A stretch of DNA of 64,000 nt from the human T2T-CHM13v2.0 reference genome, Homo sapiens. The stretch is taken from assembly GCF_009914755.1 (NCBI RefSeq), contig NC_060925.1; one strand, written 5' to 3'. The translations under genes were made by a program, and so were the position numbers. Numbering within the stretch: position 1 is the stretch's first letter; every line of letters begins with the position of its first letter. The notes beneath the pieces were generated by a model. The model had not been told where the DNA came from and searched no databases. It saw only the letters and a program-made list of their open reading frames with translations. Below, piece after piece: positions 1 to 24,863 of the stretch.

Positions 1-258
<258 letters not shown>

Positions 259-1011
259 TGATCCACCTGCCTCTGCCTCCCAAAATGCTAGGATCACATG
301 CGTGAGCCACCGCACCCAGACCACCTGCACATTTAGAATTGTGAACTTTTTCTCTATACTTCAATAACTTAGTTCTAAGATTTATTTGACACAAAGTTCT
401 CGGAAATCGTAGTTATCATTTTAGAACAGAAAAAAGACCACCTGGGCCAGGTGCGCTGGCTCACGCCTGTAATCCCAGCACTTTCGAAGGCCGAAGCGGG
501 CAGATCATTTGAGGTCAGGAGTTCGAGACCAGCCTGACCAACACGGTGAAACCCCGTTTCTACTAAAAATACAAAAAAAAAAAAAATTAGCCGGGCGTGG
601 TGATGTACGCCTGTAATCCCAGCTACTAGGGAGGCTGAGGCAGGAGAATATATCCAGCCTAGGCAACAGAGTGAGACTCAGCCATAAAAAAAAAAAAAAA
701 AGAAAAAAAAAGAAAAGAAAAGAAAAGAAAAAGAAGGCCGGGCACGGTGGCTCACGCCTGTAACCCCAACACTTTGGGAGGCTGAGGCGGGTGGAACACG
801 AGGTCAAGAGATCAAGACCATCGTGGCCAACATGGTGAAACCTCATCTCTACTAAAAATACAAAAATTAGCTGGGAGTGGTGGCGCGCGCCTGTAGTCCC
901 AGCTACTCGCGGGGCTGAGGCAGGAGAATTGCTTAAACGCAGGAGGTGGAGGTTGCAGTGAACCAACGTCGCCACTGCACTCCAGTCTGGCGACAGAGCG
1001 AGACTCCCTGT

Positions 1012-1044
<33 letters not shown>

Positions 1045-1559
1045 AGAAAAAGAGCTTCTGGTACACTGGTGAAATTCTACTAACAAAATTTTAAAACAAA
1101 AAAAGTTACTTACATCAGCTCAGAACAAAGATTAAAAACTACCAGCAGATCACTTTTCTTTAACTTCAGTAAGCACTGGAATTCATTCTTTCGGCAAAGA
1201 AAGGAGTTTATTATTCAACACTGTAACCCAAAGAAAAGATACCACTTCAAGAAAATACTTCTTTTCGAAAGCAGCTCTACCAGCAATAGATAGGAGGAAA
1301 GCGAGGAAACCATTCCAAAAGGCTTGGTTTAACTCTTGGGTGAAAGGATGCCAAATGAGATGATCTAAGAAGCCCCAAAGACAGACAGACAGACAGACAC
1401 AGGGAAATCACAGCAACTCTTTTGAGTGGAAACACCAACACCACAATCCAACCTACCGGAAATCCTGAGGTTAATTTGAGGCTTGCCCCACTAGTCATAA
1501 GGTGATTCAGGAATGGCTACAAACTCTTCTCAAGTTCATTCTGGACCTGGCACATCTGT

Positions 1560-2900
1560 CTTGCCCATCAGCAGCCTGGAGACACGCCATGCGCAGAATC
1601 CCGGAGGCCAAGTAAAGACGCCAACTTTGCAAGTCAGGGGGGCGAGTGCTCTCGCCCCTCAGGTCCCCAAAGGGAACCGACTTCTGGCCTCGAGGGTGGG
1701 GTGCAGGGTCAGTGTCCTCCACGGGATTTACGAGGACGTGCCCCCGAAGCTGCTCCCTCCACCGCCCTGGGACGCCACAGTTAGACCCGCCGACGAGTTT
1801 CTTCCCCAGCGCCCACGAGAAGGAGGGCTGCGGGCGGCGGCGGCGGCGACAGGCGAGGAAGCGAGTGCAGGGAACTTAGGCCCTGGCGGGGCCAGGCGCG
1901 CCCGCCCCGCTCCCACAGCAAAACTTGCGGCGGCCCCCGCCCGCCGCGCCTCGGCCCAGCTGTGCGCCAGCGGAACACGGACTCACCGCCCGCCCGGCCT
2001 CCCGGCCCGCCCGGCCTGGCGCAGCGCCCCTCACCTTGGAAACGTTGAGTAGACTTCGCCGTAAACATTAACTTCCCATCCAGCCGGCAGCCGCGCCGCC
2101 GCGTCTCAGCGCCTCGGCCCCGCTCCTGGCTCCACGGGTCGCCCGTCCCGAGTTCCCAAAAGCACCACGCTCACTCAGAAGCTCAGGGCCGCCTCGCGAC
2201 CCTCACCTACCCCTCCCGGCACCGCCGCTGTCGGAACTGCAGCCAGCCCCTTGCCAGCTGGCCAGCTGGTTCCTCCGGGGTCCGGCCCGGCCGCGTCAGG
2301 AGAGCCCAAGGCGCAGGCGCGGGAGGGCCTTAAAGAGACCCGGCAGCCTCTACCGCAGAATGGGTTGGAGCAGGTTAGGGGCCGGGCGGGCCGGCCGAGA
2401 AAAGGAGAAGGCGAAGGGATTGGACGGAGTGCAGAGGAGGCGGGGAAATCGCTCTCGCCCTCCGCCTCTCTTTCAAAGCACCAGCCTTCAGTCCTGCAAG
2501 TCGCCGACTTCCCCGGCCACTGGAACCGCCCCTTCTACGTTAAAACGGTAGAAGACACACCCCCTCGGGGGCCCGAAGCGACCCCGAGCTTAGGACTGCA
2601 GGCCTCGCGCTGCCGCACCGACGCGGAGCCTGACTTCCAGGGCCCTGGCACGCGGTGCTGACGCGCATGCTTCGGAAGGCAGCCCCGAGCTCCCCCAGAG
2701 GTGGCCTTAGGGCACTCGCAAAAACAATAATCAACGCGTAAATGACACTTGTAATTGTAATGTACTCTTACACGTGTCTTCGCATTGGGTTTATGCAGAC
2801 TACTGCAGGGGGCAGAACATGGGCACGAATACGTAAGATTCAGCCGGGCAGCCCTCCAGCGTCAACGAAGACATTCTTAGAAGGAAAGTACTTTGTTTGG
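1560..2900. promoter_or_regulatory. EVI5: CpG island / major promoter of EVI5 (minus-strand transcription)
   Basis: Abrupt GC- and CpG-rich segment with GC boxes and an NRF1-like CGCGCATGC near 2662. Several strong minus-strand donors are present. It lies 7.5 kb downstream of the EVI5 coding exon at 9543-9593 in the direction of transcription. Confidence 0.9.
1987..2260 (-). other. EVI5: EVI5 alternative non-coding first exon; candidate donors AAG|GTGAGG at 2035/2034 and GCG|GTGAGT at 1987/1986; 5' end uncertain
   Basis: Consensus 5' splice sites on the minus strand inside the CpG island. EVI5 isoforms starting at a downstream Met are known. The exact TSS cannot be determined from sequence. 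Confidence 0.65.
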
Positions 2901-3117
2901 GACGGAAACAGCCTATTAATTTCTGGTCCAGGAAAAGCAGGCAAGAAAAAGTAAAAAGGCAATACAGATTACTTTCATTATATGTTTAGAAGTGACAGCC
3001 GGGCGCGGTGGCTCACACCTGTAATCCCAACACTTTGGGAGGCCGAGGCGGGCGGATTGCCTGAGGTCAGGAGTTGGAGACCAATCTGGCCAACATGGTG
3101 AAACCCCGTCTCTACTA

Positions 3118-3465
<348 letters not shown>

Positions 3466-4765
3466 TCAACAAGATTAGGAAATACCAAGAAATAGGAAGT
3501 AAAGCCATGCCCTCCACCCAGCTAAAAACTTTGAAAACTTGAACTTTTATCTGAGGCATATGTTTGCATAACTTTAGGTTGTGCCATTATTTAAAGAAAT
3601 TTCAATTAACAATTTTATTGCAACTCAATCCTTGTATAAGAAAACTAAGCTACATCCTTGATAATGTACCTCTCCCCTCTTATATTCCATCCGTCAGCAA
3701 ATTCTATTGGTTTTTCCCTTACAAATGGTCCTTGAATCTGTCCTCTCCTATTTCCTCCATCACCACCCTAGTCTAGGCTACCTTCACCTGGGGAGTGGGG
3801 GTGGAGGGATTACTGACCTAGTCTTCTTGTGGTTTACCCATATTCCCTTTATCCCCTCTCTAATCTCAACACAACAGGCAGAGTGACTTTTTCAAAATAA
3901 CAGTGTGACCCTGTCACTTCCCAGCCTAAACCACTTAAACACTTTCCCATTCTCTTAGAAAAAACCCTCCTAACTAACCAAGCCCTGAATGGCCAGGTGC
4001 CTTGCCCACCTCTCCACCTCTTCTCACTGCTCAGACCAATTCCACCCTGCTGTCTGTGCTCCAGCCACGCTAGCCTCTTTTATTCCCTATTTACCGGCTT
4101 CCTGGCCTCAACAGAGCTTTTACTCATGCTTTGCTCTGTGCCCAGAAAGTTCTCCCAGTCCTCATCCTTTGACAACGGCTCTAGTATCCACCTCTGAGAA
4201 GCATCTTCTGACCTCCCTATGGTGGTCTCTTACTCCTTTCACATCGCATGAAACTGTAATTGGGTAGTTATATTGGTGAATTTTTTACTATTAGCTCCTT
4301 AAGTCCAGGATTTGATTTTGTTTGTTTCATGGTTGTATTTTCATATTTGTTAAATATATATTTGTTCAGTAAATGAAAATTATAGATGCTAAAACTTAAA
4401 CTAAATTTGGCATAAAGTCAGAGAAAGGTAAAATGTCACCATCTGACATTTGGAATCAGAATCTAAAAACTTCAGTTATGTTAAAACTGATTTTATATCA
4501 TTTTAGCTGGGTTGTCACAAGATTCTTTGGGTAACCTTTAAAACAGTTCTCAAAGAGCCTTTTGTAAGCACCTGAATTAATAATGATAAGACATGGGATG
4601 GCCCACATAAAACTAATAACATTGATTGCTTCAAGAGAGGAAGATTGAGCCAAGCACGGTGGCTCACGCCTATAATCTAAACACTTTGGAAGGCTGAGGC
4701 CGGCGGATCATTTAAGATCAGGAGTTTAAGACTAGCCTGAGCAATATGGCAAAACCCTATCTTTA

Positions 4766-5008
<243 letters not shown>

Positions 5009-5467
5009 TTACTGCATGCCCAAAAGGTTTAAAATTGTACCTTTTTTATCTTAAAGTATGTGAATTATCTATGTGAAGATAAATGACACAAAGTATGTGA
5101 ATTATCTATGTGAAGATAAATAAATGACACAAAAGAGTGTCATACTGTTCCATTTATTTGAAATTCTAGAAAAGACAAAATTAATCTGTGGTGAAAAAAA
5201 ATCATAACAGTGTTTCCCTGTGGCAGGGGATTGACTGGGATGGTACATGAGTGAAATTTCTGGGTGGTAAAAATGGTCTCTATCTTGATAGGGATGTGAG
5301 TTACATAGGTATATTCACTTATCAAAAAATATGCAGGTAACATTTCAGTGAATGTAAATTTTACCTTAAAAACTATAAAAAATAGTGGCCGGGCGTAGTG
5401 GCTCACACCTGTAATCCTAGCACTTTGGGAGGCCAAGGTGGGTGGATTGCCCGAGCGGAAGAGTTCA

Positions 5468-5710
<243 letters not shown>

Positions 5711-5775
5711 CTAGGCAGGACATGATGGCTCATGCCTGTAATCCCAGCACTTTGGGAGGCCGAGGTGGTGGATCA

Positions 5776-6055
<280 letters not shown>

Positions 6056-6354
6056 CTAACACCTGGTTGAGCACTCAACATGTATGGGTATTGGCTAAGG
6101 CTGTATACATACACTATTTCGTTTAATCCTCATATTGTCCTCATGGGGTAGGTATTATTATCATAACCCCCTTGCATATGAAGAAGCTGAAATTTAATAA
6201 ATACCAAATAACTTACCTCAATTTATACCCCTGGAAAGTGGTGGCAGAGTTTTTAACACAGTCAGTTGAATGCCAGAAGTGGTTAAACATTAGGCCCTGT
6301 AGCACTTCTCTGAAATTGTAATATTTTGGTTTATATACATTACTCATCTACTAG

Positions 6355-6706
<352 letters not shown>

Positions 6707-7143
6707 TAGCCAGGGCGGTCTCAATCTCCTGACCTTGTGATCCGCCCACCTCAGCCTCCCAAAGTGCTGAGATTACAGGCATGAACCACCGCGCCTGGCC
6801 TTCAGATAGTTTTATTTGCGGTAAATTCAGTGAGCAATTCAAAGTTTTCTATGTTCTGATACTGTACAGCCTTAGCATTGATTTGGGTCACTGTCTGGGA
6901 GGGGAACCCCTCTAAACTTGGCAAGGGTTAAACCCTGGAACACCGTGCTCTAAACTGCCAAAGGTGTTTAAGTCAGTCATGTTAGCTCCATTGTTCACAG
7001 AAAGGAAATGCAAGGGAGACAGTCCTCTGAAAGGCAAAAAACAACCCAAGGTACAAAGAAGGAACTCACCAGAGAAGTCAAACCCACTGTGAACAATATT
7101 CCTCCCTCACCCTGGGAGCTTTTTAGAGAACTAGACCATCTCA

Positions 7144-7521
<378 letters not shown>

Positions 7522-7866
7522 TTAAAAGTTCAGTTTCATAGTCACACTCACATAGTTCAAGTGCTCAATAATAGCACATGTGGCTAGTGGCTACTGTCTG
7601 ACAGCACAAATATAGAACATTTCCACTCATCAGAAAGTCCTATTGGTAGCACTATTAAAGAAAAAGGAGACATAACACTCCATTTCAACTCCTACTAATG
7701 TTCAAAACTGGTTTTTTTTTTTGGTTTTTTTTTTTAAATGAAGGCTCACAATGAAATAGTGACAGCTATTCATTACTAGGCTCATTACTTTCTACAATAT
7801 GAATCTGAAAGGTACTCAAATAAAAAGCTATGGCCTCCATGCACTGGAGTTATAAGAATAGCTTTA

Positions 7867-8049
<183 letters not shown>

Positions 8050-9542
8050 TTAACCTCACCACTTTACCACTTTACCTCCACCGTATGCATTCTTTAGAAG
8101 ACTCTGACATCATCTTAGGAAAGAACATTATTAAGAGACACACAATTCTGTTTATCTCTTGATACTTGTGCACAGGTGGAGACTAGATCTGCCATGACTA
8201 TGGGAAAGAACAAGCTCTCTGGATCTACAGCTCAGACATCATTTCTATATGTGATACTACACATTAACACTGTCAGCCCAAAAAACTTTCGAAATTGAGT
8301 CACCAGAATGGGACATCAATAGTGTGCCAGTTTCTAGCCTACCCACCAAAAGGAGAAATTCATTCATTTCTTGACTTTGCAAAATACTTGTTTTAAAGCA
8401 AGAGAAAATTTGGTGGAACTAGAGGTAGTAACTCCACTTAAACTATCCAATTATCTAGGAACTAGTAACTTCTACATTCATGCAAGTGACTAGACTGTGA
8501 CCTAAAATTTCAAGTGTTCTTGCCAAAAACGTGATCAACCCCTTTGAGCTCTTCAAGCTCCAATCTTCTCATTCATAAACTGGAGATAATAATATCTACT
8601 TAAGCACTGAAGTGACAGTTAAGTGGAATAATATATGCCATGTGTATAACAAATATTCAAAAATAATAGCTATTGTAATTGCTATTTTCCAAAGCCACAA
8701 AACACCAATGTGCAAAAACAAAAAGACAAATAAAAAAGACTGAATTAGAAGAATCCTGATTTTGACACCTGCTAATAGTCTGGCTTTTAACCTCTGTAAG
8801 CTTCAGTCTCTTCATCAAGCAAATAAAAATAAGAGTCCCAATCATAGATGCGACGTGAGATGTGTTTTGATTTCGTGTGAAATTGTCTAATTAAAGCCAG
8901 GTACAAACATTAGCTAATGTTAATTAGCAGTTTCTCCCACCTCCACCAAAAAAAAAAAAAGGATGAGGTGAGGAAACTATTTTAGGAACATGATACTTTA
9001 CAGAAAAATTTATGTGGCTTTTATTATGAACTGTGTTCCCAAACACGACGGGAGGCAACACTTCTGAAATCATTGAGAGGCCATGCAACCATCAACACTG
9101 TCACCAAATAGAGTTTGTGAACAAATGCTATGGTAACCAGTCATTTTCTTCTTCTCCATATGAGAAATGTGAAGCCCATACAGACATGCTAGGTCTCCTC
9201 TGTGAATGTGTATATTCAAAGAAACGTAAACAGCAGCCAATTACAGCTAGGAGAGAATTGCGGCAAGTGTTGAATTACAAAAAGCCAATTACTAAAATAC
9301 CTTTCTTGCAGGTATGGAGTTAAACCTAACACTTCATAAATTTTGTTCATCACTCGAATGGCTGCAGTACAATGAGATAACAGTCTTAAAATAAAACTGA
9401 AGAAATGTTAACAAGCTGTTCCTGTGTTTTGAAGATTAAGCGAAATATACAAATCCTAACTCAATAACAAATTACTTTCTGTTACAGCAATTACATTTTT
9501 ATAAGTTTTAATATAAAATCAAACATCGTTTTACACATTTAC

Positions 9543-9593
9543 CTGTTTCCCACTAGGGTTTCTAAAGGCAGCAGTCATTTTGTTGGTAACCAT
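9543..9593 (-). CDS. EVI5: EVI5 distal first coding exon (MVTNKMTAAFRNPSGKQ); Rab-GAP/TBC protein N-terminus
   Basis: The reverse complement reads ATG GTT ACC AAC AAA ATG ACT GCT GCC TTT AGA AAC CCT AGT GGG AAA CAG|gtaaat: 17 codons with a phase-0 donor. This matches the EVI5 N-terminus as I recall it. Confidence 0.93.
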
Positions 9594-9634
9594 GATAAGC
9601 AGAGAAGACAGAGAGACTGGGGATTTGAATTGAA

Positions 9635-9650
9635 TTTATAGCTGACTCAT
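9635..9650 (-). promoter_or_regulatory. EVI5: TATA box (TATAAA 9640-9635) with adjacent AP-1/ARE-like element (ATGAGTCAGC 9650-9641) of the distal EVI5 promoter
   Basis: Motifs read directly from the sequence. The TATA box lies ~45 nt upstream of the ATG, in CpG-poor unique sequence. Confidence 0.55.
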
Positions 9651-11484
9651 AGGCAGTGTTAACAAAGACATTGCCACTGGGATCCACCCATTTAACACCC
9701 TTTCAGTTCCACCTTATACACTTGTTAGGTAGTAGGGAGCTGGGAATGTGGAGGATTAGGAATGCTGAAACCAAAGCCTTTTTGTCTTAGGTATGCTAAT
9801 TGATTTTGGTTTTTCATTCCTTCTTTCCTTCTTTTCTCCCCTTCCTCCCTCCCTTCCTTCCTTCCTTCCCTCTTCCATCTTCCTTCTTCTGTCCCTCCTT
9901 CCTTCCTTCTATGACTTATCTCAGAATGACGTTACAATTGTTATTGTGTTTGAGTGCCGACGCTGAGGCATTGGCTAGAAACTTCTATAATTAGGTGTTT
10001 TCTGACACTAGACAAAATTATTAATTTGGTAGAACTTTCCTCTTTGTCTTTTTTTTTTTTTCTCATTCTTTACCTGAGGTTTTGGAATTCTGCAGGCTAT
10101 GTTGTGTTCTATTAATGGATATTGCAGTTTGTTACTCAGGGGCTATTGAGAGTTTACTATGCAGTACAGAAGCAAGTGATATAGCTTGTGAGAGGTACCT
10201 AAATAGAGAGAAAGCCACTTCTCCAATTCTTTTCTAGGAGATCTGATATATTGGTTTTAAAGGATTACCTCTCTCATGATGGCTCCCATTTTGTTTCATT
10301 TTTTAAAGACAGGGTCTCGCTATGTTTCTCAGGCTGGCCTTGAACTCCTAGGCTCCAGTGACCCTCCTGCCTCAGCCTCCTGAATGGCTGGGACTGTAGG
10401 TGAACACCCCCAAGTTGCTGATGGCTTATGCTTTTAAAGCACTTACCATAGCTGGGCACTGTGGAAGCGCTTTTCATCTATCATCTCACTTAATCTTTAT
10501 CATAATCCTATTGTTATCCCCATTTACAAGTGAATCCCCAAGCCAGTCGCCAAGAATGCTGAATTTATTTACTCCTTCATTTATTCACAAATATATTAAA
10601 GATATTCAACTATGTCAGCTACTTTCCTAAGAGGAAGGACAGTAACTAACATTTTCAGCTCCTACAGCATGTCAGAAATAATGTTATGTGCTTCCACATG
10701 ACACAACTATTATTTGGCCCATTTAAAAGACAGGGAAGCTATGCCTGGTCCAAAGTCACATTGTTAGTAGAAGGAAAAAGCAAAAATGCAACCATGAGTC
10801 TCTCTTGACTACAAAACCTATATCATTTGGAGTTACAAAAATGTGGTACCTGTGTTCACATTCTAGTGTAAGAATGTGTAGTCTAGTATAGAAGACAAAC
10901 ATATGAACAAGTAAATGAACAATAACATTATATGTTCTGTTGTACCAAGATATAATGGTGGGAACATAGAGAAAGGGGAGTACCTAGCATGGCTGAGTTG
11001 TACTATTTTTATTGTCAATACCCCCTTCCATCTTTTTCCATTAACAGGTATAGATGCCTGACTCAAACAAAGCCAGTCACATTACCTTAACTCCCTGATC
11101 ATACTGATTGATTCAAGGGGTTATGCCTGGGAGAATCCTGCCCTGGGGTTTTTCAAACCAGAGCTGGAAAAGTAAAAGCCCTGTGCCCTCTCATTATAAA
11201 GCTCTAAGGATGAAACTCTAAGGAGATCCTGGCTATACTCAGAGAAGCTAAATGAGATGGAGAATATCCTGAGGATATTAAAATCCCCGGTTCCAGTAAT
11301 CCTGCCTTTCCTAAGCCTTTGCTGTTCTAATCTTTCTTTAATGCTGTGACCACCCCCATAACCTTCAAAGGAAGGAGAGAAGGAGGAAGGGAAAAAGGAA
11401 AGAAGGAAGGACTCATGTACTTATCAAACTTTTTTTTAACATATTGTACCAGGCATTGTTCTAGGCACTGGAAATATGTACAGG

Positions 11485-12252
<768 letters not shown>

Positions 12253-12329
12253 ATGCACCATTGCATTCTAGCCTAGGCAACAGAGTGAGACCCTGTCTCA
12301 AATTTAAAAAGGGTAGGGGGTAGCAAAGA

Positions 12330-13430
<1,101 letters not shown>

Positions 13431-13607
13431 AATGATACCTTCTGGGAATTTAGATCATCTTGGAAAAGAAAAATAAAATAGAAAAATAATCTTGATTTGA
13501 CTTAGTCGAAAAAATAAGTTGAACACATTAATAAATACATATATAATATATATGATATGAGATGGTATGAGTGAAGGAGAAAGGGAGTATGAAGAAAGGT
13601 TATTACA

Positions 13608-21350
<7,743 letters not shown>

Positions 21351-22833
21351 TTTCTGATATATTTAAAGCTATTAAATCGAATGAGATCTGAGATCCATAA
21401 GGGTATGAGTACAGATGGAAAACAGAAGTTCAAAGGCTGAGTCTCAACTAGAGCACAATTAGAGGTTGGAGGAAAGAGGAGCTAACAGACTGAATGGCCA
21501 GTGAAGTAGAAGGGAAATCAGGAGAGTGTAGTATCTGGGAAGACACACAGAAAAAGGTACACAGAAAAAGGTACTACAAGAATATTGAGTTGGCCAGGTC
21601 CAGTGGCTCATGTCTGTAATCCCAACACTGTGAGGTCGAGGCAGATGGATTGCTTGAGGCTAGGAGTTCAAGAGCAGCCTGGGCAACATAGTGAGACTCT
21701 ATCTCTACAAATAAAATAAAAATAAAATAAAATAAAATAAAATAAAATCATTGCTACTGATGGGTCAAGAGAAATGACCATTGGATTCAGCAACATGGAA
21801 ATGTCAACCAAAGGAAAAAAACACTAGAGAAAATGATCTCTAAATATGTTGAGTTTACGCAGGAATATAAATAAGGATTCTAATCTGGAATGCACAGAAT
21901 GGCAAGCCACCAGTGCATTCCGTGAGAGACGAGTGAAAGGAGCTTTTATTAGCAAAATAGAGATTTACATAAACTGCCTAGAAACAGAGTTCATTGGTTC
22001 CAGAGGTTCAAACCAGAGTTATTGTCAGTTCATTGGTGGAGATGCCGTTGCCGGGCAAGTGTTCTTTCGAGAACATCTTATCTGAGTTACTGCAGTTCTA
22101 AAGAATGTCTAGTGATAAACCTTATCGAAACAGGATGTGCTGGCTGGCCTAGTGGCTCACGCCTGTAACCTCAGCACTTTGGAATGCTGAGATGGGAGGA
22201 TCACTTGAACTCAGGAGTTCAAGACTAGCCTGGGAAACATAGTGAGACCTCATCTCTACTGAAAATCAAAAAAAGTAGGAGATGCATAAAGGATCAGAAA
22301 GGGTCTTTAGAAAGTACTAGAGGCCTGTGTGGTGGTTTATACCTATAATCCCAGCACTTTAGGAGGCTTAGGCAGGAGGATCCTTTGAGCTCAGAATTTT
22401 GAGTCTGCAGTGACCTGTTTTGCCACAGCACTCCAGGTTTGGTGACAGAACAAGACCCTGTCTCTTAAAAAAAAAAAAAGGGGCTTGGAAACAGTTTTTG
22501 TCTCAGACATGTAGGCATGAACTGCCTCTACTTTGGGGCTTCCCAGCCCTAGTTTGTTTGGATATAACAAAAGTGATTTCATCCTGCTATCTGCAACTTT
22601 CACAGTAGTCATTGGTGACCATGATAGGACCTATTTTCGTGCAATGGTAGAGGCAAAAGCCTGACTGGAGTGAATCCAGGAGAAAACAGGAGGAGAGAGT
22701 AGAGTCCAAGGAACAGACAAATCTTTGAAAGGATTTTGTTGTACAGGAAAAGAGAAAAATGGAAGGTTAGTTGTAAGGAAGAGTGTTTTTTGTTGGTTTG
22801 TAAAGTGGGATAAATAACAGCATGTTTGCATGC

Positions 22834-23187
22834 TGATATGGTTTGGCTGTGTCCCCACCCAAATCTCAACTTGAATTGTATCTCCCAGAATTCCCATGTC
22901 TTGTGGGAGGGACCCAGGTAGGGGTAATTGAATCATGAGTTCTGGTCTTTCCCATGCTATTCTTGTGACAGTTAATAAGTCTCATGAGATCTTATGGGCT
23001 TATCAGGGGTTTCCACTTTTGCTTTTTTCTCATTTTCTCTTGCCACCACCATGTAAGACGTGCCTTTCATCTCCTGCCATGACTCTGAGGCCTTCCTAGC
23101 CATGTGGAACTGTAAGTCCAATTAAACCTCTTTTTCTTCCCAGTCTCAGGTATGTCTTTATCAGTAGCGTAAAAACAGACTAATACA
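22834..23187 (+). mobile_element. THE1/MST-family MaLR solo LTR with 5-bp TSD CATGC
   Basis: Starts TGATATGGTTTGGCTGTGTCCCCACCCAAATCTC and ends CAGACTAATACA. CATGC occurs at 22829-22833 and 23188-23192. Confidence 0.92.
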
Positions 23188-23547
23188 CATGCTGATAGGA
23201 AAATCCATTAGAGGGGGGAATTGAGGGTGCAGTAGAAAAGGGGGAGAATTACTGGAGCAACATCACAGAGTAAGTCAGAAGGGATGGGATCTAGTGCACT
23301 GGTGGAAGGGTTAGCCTCACAGCCTCATGTGAGAGCATGGACAATTCCTCTGTTATTACAAGAAAGAAGGCAGGATATATGTACACAAAAGCATGTAGAT
23401 GTGTGGATATGCTGAGAATTTGTAGACATTCTTTTCTGATTGTTCTTATAATTTCTCAGTGAAATAAGAAAGGTCATCATCTGAGATTGAGGGTAGAGGA
23501 AATATTGGCAGTTTGAGGAGCAAACAGAAGGTATGAAATTGTTGTCT

Positions 23548-23910
23548 CAGTAAGTTTGTGTCCTCCCCTGACCCAAGTTCATATGATGAAAACCTAATCG
23601 GCAATGGGATAGTATTAGGAGGTAAGGCCCTTGGTCGGTGATTAGATCATTAGGATAAAGCCCTCATAATGAGATTCATGCCCTTATCAAAGAGGCCCCC
23701 AGAGACCGGTTTTGTCTGTTCCACCATGTGAGGACACAACTAGAAGACACCATCTATGAACAAGAAAGTGGGCCCACACCAGACACCAAATCCGCTGGCC
23801 CCTTGATCTTAGACTTCCCAAACTCTAGAACTGTTAGAAATAAATTTCTGTTGTTTATAAGCAACCTAATTTATTGTGTTTTGATATAGCAGTCAGAATG
23901 GACTACAACA
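23548..23910 (+). mobile_element. MLT1A-type MaLR LTR
   Basis: Motifs ccaccatgtgaggacaca, ttgatcttagacttccca, tagaactgttagaaataaatttctgttgtttataagc. Confidence 0.8.
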
Positions 23911-23913
23911 CTA

Positions 23914-24282
<369 letters not shown>

Positions 24283-24301
24283 TCAGATTTTGGTCAAATG
24301 A

Positions 24302-24588
<287 letters not shown>

Positions 24589-24605
24589 TGATCACAGCTC
24601 ACTGA

Positions 24606-24863
<258 letters not shown>

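Noticed and set aside
1507-2734. Pro/Arg/Gly/Ala-rich ORFs up to 179 aa on both strands
   Set aside because: Expected from the stop-poor, GC-rich CpG island. No recognisable domain or splice context.
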